In this document: piece after piece, positions 40,275 to 51,941 of the stretch | How the letters are laid out: each line of letters opens with the position of its first letter | How positions within the stretch are numbered: the stretch's first letter is position 1 | Assembly: GCF_009914755.1 (NCBI RefSeq) | Contig: NC_060931.1 | Direction: 5' to 3' (one strand) | Origin: the human T2T-CHM13v2.0 reference genome, Homo sapiens | Length of the DNA: 64,000 nt | Program-made: the position numbers and the translations under genes | The notes under the pieces: generated by a model | Seen by the model: the letters and a program-made list of their open reading frames with translations, nothing else | The model's database searches: none | What the model was told of the DNA's origin: nothing

Positions 40275-42991
40275 GCTTCAAAGCGCTCCAAATATCCACT
40301 TGCAGAGTCTACAAAAAGACTGTTTCAAAACTGCTCTATAAAAGTAAGGTTGTACCTTGTTAGTTGAATGCACCCATCAAAATGAAGTTTCTGAGAACAC
40401 TTCTGTCTACTTTTCATGTGAAGATATTTCCTTATCCACAATAGTCCCCAAAGCCCTCAAAATGCCCACTTGCAGATCCCTCAAAAAGACGGTTTCAAAA
40501 CTGCAGTATCAGTAGGAAATTTCAACTATGTGAGTAGAATGCACACATCACAAAGTAGTTTCTGAGAATGCTTCTGTCTAGTTTTTATATGAAGATATTT
40601 CCTTTTCTACCTTAAGCCTCAAAGTGCTGCAATTATGCACTTTCAGATTCTTCAAAAAGAGGGTTTCAAAACTGCTCTAGCAAAAGGAAGTTTCAACGCT
40701 ATGAGTTGAATGCACACATCACAAAGAAGTTTCTGAGAATGCTTCTGTCTAATTTTTATGTGAAGATAATCCTGTTTCCCAAGAAGGCTTCAAAGCACCC
40801 TAATATCCGCCTCCAGATTCTACAGAAAGAGTGTTTCAAAACTGCTCTATGAAAAGGAAGGTTCAACTCTGTGAGTTGAATGCAGACATCATAAAGGAGT
40901 TTCTGAGAATGCTTCTGTCTTGTTTTAATGTGAAGATACTTCCTTTTCAACCGATAGCCTAAAAGAGCTCCAAATGTCCAACTGCAGATTTTTTAAAAAG
41001 AATGTTTCAAAACTGCACTATCAAAAGAAAGGTTCAGCTCTGTGAGTTGAATGCACACATCTCAAAGAAGTTTCTGAGAATGGTTCTCTCTAGTTTTTAT
41101 GTGAAGATATTCGCGATTCCAATGAAGTCTTCAAAGCGCTCCAAATATCTAAATGCGGATTCTACAAAAAGAGTGATTCAAAACTGGTCTAAGAAAAGGA
41201 AGGTTCAGCTCTGTGAGTTGAATGCACACATCACAAAAAGTTTCGGAGAATGCTTCCATTTAGTTTTTAGGTGAAGATATTACCTTTTCAACCACAGCCT
41301 TCAAAACGCTCCAAATGTCCACTTGCAGATTCTACAAGAAGATTGTTTCCAGGCGGCTCTATCAAAAGAAATGTTCAACTATGGGAGTAGAATACACACA
41401 TCACAAAGTCGTTTCTGAGAATGCTTCTGTCTAGTTTTTATGTGAAGATATTTCCTTTTCTACCAGAGGCCTGAAAGCGCTCCAAATATCCAATTGCAGA
41501 TTCTACAAAAAGAGTGTTTCAAAACTTCTCTATCAAAAGTAAGGGTCTGCTTTGTGAGTTGAATGTACACATCAAAATGAAGTTTCTGATTATACTTCTG
41601 TCTACTTCTTATGGGAAGATATTTCCTTATCCGCAATGGTCCTCAAAGCCCTCGAAATGCCCACTTGAAGTTTCTTCGGAAAGACTGTTTCAAAACTGCT
41701 CTATCAAAAGAAAGTTTCAACTTTGTGTGTAGAATGCACACATCACAAAGTCGTTTCTGAGAATGCTTCTGTCTAGTTTTTATATGAAGATATTTCCTTA
41801 TCTACCATAAGCCTCAAAGCACTGCACATATGAACTGGCACATTCTTCAAAAAGAGTGTTTCAAAACTCCTCTATCAAAACTGTTCTATCAACTCTGTGA
41901 GTTGAGTGGACACATCACAAAGACGTTTCTGAGAATGCTTCCGTCTAGGTTTTAGGTGAAGATATTCTCATTTCCAAAGAATGCTTCAAATAGTAATTAA
42001 ATATCCGCCTGCAGATTCTACAAAAGGAGTGTTTCAAAACTGCTCTAACAAAAGAAAGGTTCAACCTGGGAGTTGAATGCACACATCACAAAGAAGTTTC
42101 TGAGAATGCTTCTGTCTAGTTTTAATGCGAAGATATTCCCTCTTCCACCATAACCTTCAAAGCGCTCCAAATGTCCATTTGCAGATTTTACAAACAGAGT
42201 GTTTCCAGACTGCTCTACCAAAAGAAATTTTCAACTATGGGAGTAGAATGCACACATCACAAATTCGTTTCTGAGAATGCTTCTGTCTAGTTTTTATGTG
42301 AAGATATTTCCTTTTCTACCATAGGCATAAACGTGCTCCAAATATCCACTGGCAGATTCTAAAAAAAGAGTGTTTCAAAACTGCTCTATCAAAAGGAAGG
42401 TTCAATTCTGTGAGTTGAATGCACACATCACAAAGTAGTTTCTGAGAATGCTTCTGCCTAATTTTTAATTTTAAGATATTCCCATTTCCAAAGAAGGCTT
42501 CAATTTGCTCCAAATATCCACTTGCAGATTGTACAAAAAGAGGGTTTCAAAACTGCTCTATCAAAAGGAAGGTTCAACTCTGTGAGATGAATGCACACAT
42601 CACAAAGTGGTTTCAGAGAATGCTTGTTTCTAGTTTTCAGGTGACGATATTCCCGTTTCCAATGTAGCACTCAAAGAGCTCCAAATATCCTCCTGCAGAT
42701 TGTGCAAAAAGGGTGTTTCAAAACTGCTCTATCAAAAAGAAGCTTCAACTCTGTGAGTTGAATGCACAAATCACAAAGAAGTTTCTGGGAATACTTCTGT
42801 CTATTTTTATGTGACGATACTCCCGTTTCCAAAGAAGGCTTCAAAGCACTCCAAATATCCACCTGCAGATTATAAAGGAAGAGTTTTTCAAAACTGCTCA
42901 ATCCAAAGGAAGGTTCAGCTCCGTGAGTTCAATGCCCACATCACAAAGAAGTTTCTGAGAATGCTTCTGTCTAGTTTCAAGGGGAAGATAT

Positions 42992-43008
42992 TCCCGTTTC
43001 CAACGAAG
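42992..43008 (-). other. CENP-B box (intact)
   Basis: TCCCGTTTCCAACGAAG on +. Confidence 0.95.
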
Positions 43009-45725
43009 GCTTCAAAGCGCTCCAAATATCCACCTGCAGAGTCTACAAAAAGACTGTTTCAAAACTGCTCAATAAAAGTAAGGTTTTACCTTGTTAGTTG
43101 AATGCACCCATCAAAATGAAGTTTCTGAGGACACTTCTGTCTACTTTTCATGTGAAGATATTTCCTTATCCACAATAGCCCCCAAAGCCCTCAAAATGCC
43201 CACTGGAAGATTCCTCAAAAAGACGGTTTCAAAACTGCAGTATCAGAAGGAAATTTCAACTATGTGAGTAGAATGCACACATCACAAAGTAGTTTCTGAG
43301 AATGCTTCTGTCTAGTTTTTATATGAAGATATTTCCTTTTCTACCTTAAGCCTCAAAGTGCTGCAATTATGCACTTTCAGATTCTTCAAAAAGAGGGTTT
43401 CAAAACTGCTCTAGCAAAAGGAAGTTTCAACGCTGTGAGTTGAATGCACACATCACAAAGAAGTTTCTGAGAATGCTTCTGTCTAATTTTTATGTGAAGA
43501 TAATCCTGTTTCCCAAGAAGGCTTCAAAGCACCCTAATATCCGCCTCCAGATTCTACAGAAAGAGTGTTTCAAAACTGCTCTATCAAAAGGAAGGTTCAA
43601 CTCTGTGAGTTGAATGCAGACATCATAAAGGAGTTTCTGAGAATGCTTCTGTCTTGTTTTAATGTGAAGATACTTCCTTTTCAACCGATAGCCTAAAAGA
43701 GCTCCAAATGTCCAACTGCAGATTTTTTAAAAAGAATGTTTCAAAACTGCACTATCAAAAGAAAGGTTCAGCTCTGTGAGTTGAATGCACACATCTCAAA
43801 GGAGTTTCTGAGAATGGTTCTGTCTAGTTTTTATGTGAAGGTATTCGCGATTCCAATGAAGTCTTCAAAGCGCTCCAAATATCTAAATGCGGATTCTACA
43901 AAAAGAGTGATTCAAAACTGGTCTAAGAAAAGGAAGGTTCAGCTCTGTGAGTTGAACGCACACATCACAAAAAGTTTCGGACAATACTTCTATTTAGTTT
44001 TTAGGTAAAGATATTACCTTTTCAACCACAGCCTTCAAAACGCTCCAAATGTCCACTTGCAGATTCTACAAGAAGATTGTTTCCAGGCGGCTCTATCAAA
44101 AGAAATGTTCAACTATGGGAGTAGAATACACACATCACAAAGTCGTTTCTGAGAATGCTTCTGTCTAGTTTTTATGTGAAGATATTTCCTTTTCTACCAG
44201 AGGCCTGAAAGCGCTCCAAATATCCAATTGCAGATTCTACAAAAAGAGTGTTTCAAAACTTCTCTATCAAAAGTAAGGGTCTGCTTTGTGAGTTGAATGT
44301 ACACATCAAAATGAAGTTTCTGATTATACTTCTGTCTACTTCTTATGTGAAGATATTCCCTTATACGCAGTGGTCCTCAAAGCCCTCGAAATGCCCACTT
44401 GAAGATTCTTCGGAAAGACTGTTTCAAAACTGCTCTATCAAAAGAAAGTTTCCACTTTGTGTGTAGAATGCAAACATCACAAAGTCGTTTCTGAGAATGC
44501 TTCTGTCTAGTTTTTATAGGAAGATATTTCCTTTTCTACCATAAGCCTCAAAGCACTGCACATATGAACTGGCAGATTCTTCAAAAAGAGTGTTTCAAAA
44601 CTGCTCTATCAAAACTGTTCTATCAACTCTGTGAGTTGAGTGGACACATCACATAGACGTTTCTGAGAATGCTTCCGTCTAGGTTTTAGGTGAAGATATT
44701 CTCGTTTCCAAAGAATGCTTCAAATAGTACTTAAATATCCGCCTGCAGATTCTACAAAAGGAGTGTTTCAAAACTGCTCTAACAAAAGAAAGGTTCAACC
44801 TGGGAGTTGAATGCACACATCACAAAGAAGTTTCTGAGAATGCTTCTGTCTAGTTTTAAGGCGAAGATATTCCCTCTTCCACCATAACCTTCAAAGCGCT
44901 CCAAATGTCCATTTGCAGATTTTACAAACAGAGTGTTTCCAGACTGCTCTACCAAAAGAAATTTTCAACTATGGGAGTAGAATGCACACATCACAAATTC
45001 GTTTCTGAGAATGCTTCTGTCTAGTTTTTATGTGAAGATATTTCCTTTTCTACCATAGGCATAAACGTGCTCCAAATATCCACTGGCAGATTCTAAAAAA
45101 AGAGTGTTTCAAAACTGCTCTATCAAAAGGAAGGTTCAATTCTGTGAGTTGAATGCACACATCACAAAGTAGTTTCTGAGAATGCTTCTGCCTAATTTTT
45201 AATTTTAAGATATTCCCATTTCCAAAGAAGGCTTCAATTTGCTCCAAATATCCACTTGCAGATGGTACAAAAAGAGGGTTTCAAAACTGCTCTATCAAAA
45301 GGAAGGTTCAACTCTGTGAGATGAATGCACACATCACAAAGTGGTTTCAGAGAATGCTTGTTTCTAGTTTTCAGGTGACGATATTCCCGTTTCCAAAGTA
45401 GCACTCAAAGAGCTCCAAATATCCTCCTGCAGATTGTGCAAAAAGGGTGTTTCAAAACTGCTCTATCAAAAAGAAGCTTCAACTCTGTGAGTTGAATGCA
45501 CAAATCACAAAGAAGTTTCTGGGAATACTTCTGTCTATTTTTATGTGACGATACTCCCGTTTCCAAAGAAGGCTTCAAAGCACTCCAAATATCCACCTGC
45601 AGATTATAAAGGAAGAGTTTTTCAAAACTGCTCAATCCAAAGGAAGGTTCAGCTCCGTGAGTTCAATGCCCACATCACAAAGAAGTTTCTGAGAATGCTT
45701 CTGTCTAGTTTCAAGGGGAAGATAT

Positions 45726-45742
45726 TCCCGTTTCCAACGAAG
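45726..45742 (-). other. CENP-B box (intact)
   Basis: TCCCGTTTCCAACGAAG on +. Confidence 0.95.
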
Positions 45743-48459
45743 GCTTCAAAGCGTTCCAAATATCCACCTGCAGAGTCTACAAAAAGACTGTTTCAAAACT
45801 GCTCAATAAAAGTAAGGTTTTACCTTGTTAGTTGAATGCACCCATCAAAATGAAGTTTCTGAGGACACTTCTGTCTACTTTTCATGTGAAGATATTTCCT
45901 TATCCACAATAGCCCCCAAAGCCCTCAAAATGCCCACTGGAAGATTCCTCAAAAAGACTGTTTCAAAACTGCAGTATCAGAAGGAAATTTCAACTATGTG
46001 AGTAGAATGCACACATCACAAAGTAGTTTCTGAGAATGCTTCTGTCTAGTTTTTATATGAAGATATTTCCTTTTCTACCTTAAGCCTCAAAGTGCTGCAA
46101 TTATGCACTTTCAGATTCTTCAAAAAGAGGGTTTCAAAACTGCTCTAGCAAAAGGAAGTTTCAACGCTGTGAGTTGAATGCACACATCACAAAGAAGTTT
46201 CTGAGAATGCTTCTGTCTAATTTTTATGTGAAGATAATCCTGTTTCCCAAGAAGGCTTCAAAGCACCCTAATATCCGCCTCCAGATTCTACAGAAAGAGT
46301 GTTTCAAAACTGCTCTATCAAAAGGAAGGTTCAACTCTGTGAGTTGAATGCAGACATCATAAAGGAGTTTCTGAGAATGCTTCTGTCTTGTTTTAATGTG
46401 AAGATACTTCCTTTTCAACCGATAGCCTAAAAGAGCTCCAAATGTCCAACTGCAGATTTTTTAAAAAGAATGTTTCAAAACTGCACTATCAAAAGAAAGG
46501 TTCAGCTCTGTGAGTTGAATGCACACATCTCAAAGGGGTTTCTGAGAATGGTTCTGTCTAGTTTTTATGTGAAGGTATTCGCGATTCCAATGAAGTCTTC
46601 AAAGCGCTCCAAATATCTAAATGCGGATTCTACAAAAAGAGTGATTCAAAACTGGTCTAAGAAAAGGAAGGTTCAGCTCTGTGAGTTGAACGCACACATC
46701 ACAAAAAGTTTCGGAGAATGCTTCCATTTAGTTTTTAGGTGAAGATATTACCTTTTCAACCACAGCCTTCAAAACGCTCCAAATGTCCACTTGCAGATTC
46801 TACAAGAAGATTGTTTCCAGGCGGCTCTATCAAAAGAAATGTTCAACTATGGGAGTAGAATACACACATCACAAAGTCGTTTCTGAGAATGCTTCTGTCT
46901 AGTTTTTATGTGAAGGTATTTCCTTTTCTACCAGAGGCCTGAAAGCGCTCCAAACATCCAATTGCAGATTCTACAAAAAGAGTGTTTCAAAACTTCTCTA
47001 TCAAAAGTAAGGGTCTGCTTTGTGAGTTGAATGTACACATCAAAATGAAGTTTCTGATTATAGTTCTGTCTACTTCTTATGGGAAGATATTTCCTTATCC
47101 GCAATGGTCCTCAAAGCCCTCGAAATGCCCACTTGAAGATTCTTCGGAAAGACGGTTTCAAAACTGCTCTATCAAAAGAAAGTTTCAACTTTGCGTGTAG
47201 AATGCACACATCACAAAGTCGTTTCTGAGAATGCTTCTGTCTAGTTTTTATATGAAGATATTTCCTTTTCTACCATAAGCCTCAAAGCACTGCACATATG
47301 AACTGGCAGATTCTTTAAAAGGAGTGTTTCAAAACTGCTCTATCAAAACTGTTCTATCAACTCTGTGAGATGAATGGACACATCATAAAGATGTTTCTGA
47401 GAATGCTTCTGTCTAGGTTTTAGGTGAAGATATTCTCGTTTCCAAAGAATGCTTCAAAGAGTACTTAAATATCCGCCTGCAGATTCTACAAAAGGAGTGT
47501 TTCATAACTGCTCTAACAAAAGAAAGGTTCAACCTGGGAGTTGAATGCACACATCACAAAGAAGTTTCTGAGAATGCTTCTGTCTAGTTTTAATGCGAAG
47601 ATATTCCCTTTTCCATCATAACGTTCAAAGCGCACCAAATGTCCATTTGCAGATTTTAGAAACAGAGTGTTTCCAGACTGCTCTATCAAAAGAAATTTTC
47701 AACTATGGGAGTAGAATGCACACAACACAATTTCGTTTCTGAGAATGCTTCTGTCTAGTTTTTATGTGAAGATATTTCCTTTTCTACCACAGGCATAAAT
47801 GTGCTCCAAATATCCACTTGCAGATTCTAAACAAAGAGTGTTTCAAAACTGCTGTATCAAAAGGAAGGTTCAATTCTGTGAGTTGAATGCACACATCACA
47901 AAGTAGTTTCTGAGAATGCTTCTGCCTAATTTTTAGATTTAAGATATTCCCATTTCCAAAGAAGGCTTCAATTTGCTCCAAATATCCACTTGCAGATTGT
48001 ACAAAAAGAGGGTTTCAAAACTGCTCTATCAAAAGGAAGGTTCAACTCTGTGAGATGAATGCACACATCACAAAGTGGTTTCAGAGAATGCTTCTTTCTA
48101 GTTTTTAGGTGACGATATTCCCGTTTCCAATGTAGCACTCAAAGAGCTCCAAATATCCTCCTGCAGATTGTGCAAAAAGGGTGTTTCAAAACTGCTCTAT
48201 CAAAAAGAAGCTTCAACTCTGTGAGTTGAATGCACAAATCACAAAGAAGTTTCTGGGAATACTTCTGTCTATTTTTATGTGACGATACTCCCGTTTCCAA
48301 AGAAGGCTTCAAAGCACTCCAAATATCCACCTGCAGATTATAAAGGAAGAGTTTTGCAAAACTGCTCAATCCAAAGGAAGGTTCAGCTCCGTGAGTTCAA
48401 TGCCCACATCACAAAGAAGTTTCTGAGAATGCTTCTGTCTGGTTTCAAGGGGAAGATAT

Positions 48460-48476
48460 TCCCGTTTCCAACGAAG
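48460..48476 (-). other. CENP-B box (intact)
   Basis: TCCCGTTTCCAACGAAG on +. Confidence 0.95.
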
Positions 48477-51193
48477 GCTTCAAAGCGCTCCAAATATCCA
48501 CTTGCAGAGTCTACAAAAAGACTGTTTCAAAACTGCTCTATAAAAGTAAGGTTGTACTTTGTTAGTGGAATGCACCCATCAAAATGAAGTTTCTGAGAAC
48601 ACTTCTGTCTACTTTTCATGTGAAGATATTTCCTTATCCACAATAGTCCCCAAAGCCCTCAAAATGCCCACTTGAAGATCCCTCAAAAAGACTGTTTCAA
48701 AACTGCAGTATCAGAAGGAAATTTCAACTATGTGAGTAGAATGCACACATCACAAAGTAGTTTCTGAGAATGCTTCTGTCTAGTTTTTATATGAAGATAT
48801 TTCCTTTTCGACCTTAAGCCTCAAAGTGCTGCAATTATGCACTTTCAGATTCTTCAAAAAGAGGGTTTCAAAACTGCTCTGGCAAAAGGAAGTTTCAACG
48901 CTGTGAGTTGAATGCACACATCACAAAGAAGTTTCTGAGAATGCTTCTGTCTAATTTTTATGTGAAGATAATCCTGTTTCCCAAGAAGGCTTCAAAGCAC
49001 CCTAATATCCGCCTCCAGATTCTACAGAAAGAGTGTTTCAAAACTGCTCTATGGAAAGGAAGGTTCAACTCTGTGAGTTGAATGCAGACATCATAAAGGA
49101 GTTTCTGAGAATGCTTCTGTCTTGTTTTAATGTGAAGATATTTCCTTTTCAACCGATAGCCTAAAAGAGCTCCAAATGTCCAACTGCAGATTTTTTAAAA
49201 AGAATGTTTCAAAACTGCACTATCAAAAGAAAGGTTCAGCTCTGTGAGTTGAATGCACACATCTCAAAGAAGTTTCTGAGAATGGTTCTGTCTAGTTTTT
49301 ATGTGAAGGTATTCGCGATTCCAATGAAGTCTTCAAAGCGCTCCAAATATCTAAATGCGGATTCTACAAAAAGAGTGATTCAAAACTGGTCTATGAAAAG
49401 GAAGGTTCAGCTCTGTGAGTTGAACGCACACATCACAAAAAGTTTCGGAGAATGCTTCCATTTAGTTTTTAGGTGAAGATATTACCTTTTCAACCACAGC
49501 CTTCAAAACGCTCCAAATGTCCACTTGCAGATTCTACAAGAAGATTGTTTCCAGGCGGCTCTATCAAAAGAAATGTTCAACTATGGGAGTAGAATACACA
49601 CATCACAAAGTCGTTTCTGAGAATGCTTCTGTCTAGTTTTTATGTGAAGATATTTCCTTTTCTACCAGAGGCCTGAAAGCGCTCCAAACATCCAATTGCA
49701 GATTCTACAAAAAGAGTGTTTCAAAACTTCTCTATCAAAAGTAAGGGTCTGCTTTGTGAGTTGAATGTACACATCAAAATGAAGTTTCTGATTATAGTTC
49801 TGTCTACTTCTTATGGGAAGATATTTCCTTATCCGCAATGGTCCTCAAAGCCCTCGAAATGCCCACTTGAAGATTCTTCGGAAAGACGGTTTCAAAACTG
49901 CTCTATCAAAAGAAAGTTTCAACTTTGTGTGTAGAATGCACACATCACAAAGTCGTTTCTGAGAATGCTTCTGTCTAGTTTTTATATGAAGATATTTCCT
50001 TTTCTACCATAAGCCTCAAAGCACTGCACATATGAACTGGCAGATTCTTTAAAAGGAGTGTTTCAAAACTGCTCTATCAAAACTGTTCTATCAACTCTGT
50101 GAGATGAATGGACACATCATAAAGATGTTTCTGAGAATGCTTCTGTCTAGGTTTTAGGTGAAGATATTCTCGTTTCCAAAGAATGCTTCAAAGAGTACTT
50201 AAATATCCGCCTGCAGATTCTACAAAAGGAGTGTTTCATAACTGCTCTAACAAAAGAAAGGTTCAACCTGGGAGTTGAATGCACACATCACAAAGAAGTT
50301 TCTGAGAATGCTTCTGTCTAGTTTTAATGCGAAGATATTCCCTTTTCCATCATAACGTTCAAAGCGCACCAAATGTCCATTTGCAGATTTTAGAAACAGA
50401 GTGTTTCCAGACTGCTCTATCAAAAGAAATTTTCAACTATGGGAGTAGAATGCACACAACACAATTTCGTTTCTGAGAATGCTTCTGTCTAGTTTTTATG
50501 TGAAGATATTTCCTTTTCTACCACAGGCATAAATGTGCTCCAAATATCCACTTGCAGATTCTAAACAAAGAGTGTTTCAAAACTGCTGTATCAAAAGGAA
50601 GGTTCAATTCTGTGAGTTGAATGCACACATCACAAAGTAGTTTCTGAGAATGCTTCTGCCTAATTTTTAGATTTAAGATATTCCCATTTCCAAAGAAGGC
50701 TTCAATTTGCTCCAAATATCCACTTGCAGATTGTACAAAAAGAGGGTTTCAAAACTGCTCTATCAAAAGGAAGGTTCAACTCTGTGAGATGAATGCACAC
50801 ATCACAAAGTGGTTTCAGAGAATGCTTCTTTCTAGTTTTTAGGTGACGATATTCCCGTTTCCAATGTAGCACTCAAAGAGCTCCAAATATCCTCCTGCAG
50901 ATTGTGCAAAAAGGGTGTTTCAAAACTGCTCTATCAAAAAGAAGCTTCAACTCTGTGAGTTGAATGCACAAATCACAAAGAAGTTTCTGGGAATACTTCT
51001 GTCTATTTTTATGTGACGATACTCCCGTTTCCAAAGAAGGCTTCAAAGCACTCCAAATATCCACCTGCAGATTATAAAGGAAGAGTTTTGCAAAACTGCT
51101 CAATCCAAAGGAAGGTTCAGCTCCGTGAGTTCAATGCCCACATCACAAAGAAGTTTCTGAGAATGCTTCTGTCTGGTTTCAAGGGGAAGATAT

Positions 51194-51210
51194 TCCCGTT
51201 TCCAACGAAG
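51194..51210 (-). other. CENP-B box (intact)
   Basis: TCCCGTTTCCAACGAAG on +. Confidence 0.95.
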
Positions 51211-51941
51211 GCTTCAAAGCGCTCCAAATATCCACTTGCAGAGTCTACAAAAAGACTGTTTCAAAACTGCTCTATAAAAGTAAGGTTGTACTTTGTTAGT
51301 GGAATGCACCCATCAAAATGAAGTTTCTGAGAACACTTCTGTCTACTTTTCATGTGAAGATATTTCCTTATCCACAATAGTCCCCAAAGCCCTCAAAATG
51401 CCCACTTAAAGATCCCTCAAAAAGACTGTTTCAAAACTGCAGTATCAGAAGGAAATTTCAACTATGTGAGTAGAATGCACACATCACAAAGTAGTTTCTG
51501 AGAATGCTTCTGTCTAGTTTTTATATGAAGATATTTCCTTTTCGACCTTAAGCCTCAAAGTGCTGCAATTATGCACTTTCAGATTCTTCAAAAAGAGGGT
51601 TTCAAAACTGCTCTGGCAAAAGGAAGTTTCAACGCTGTGAGTTGAATGCACACATCACAAAGAAGTTTCTGAGAATGCTTCTGTCTAGTTTTTATGTGAA
51701 GATAATCCTGTTTCCCAAGAAGGCTTCAAAGCACCCTAATATCCGCCTCCAGATTCTACAGAAAGAGTGTTTCAAAACTGCTCTATCAAAAGGAAGGTTC
51801 AACTCTGTGAGTTGAATGCAGACATCATAAAGGAGTTTCTGAGAATGCTTCTGTCTTGTTTAAATGTGAAGATATTTCCTTTTCAACCGATAGCCTAAAA
51901 GAGCTCCAAATGTCCAACTGCAGATTTTTTAAAAAGAATGT

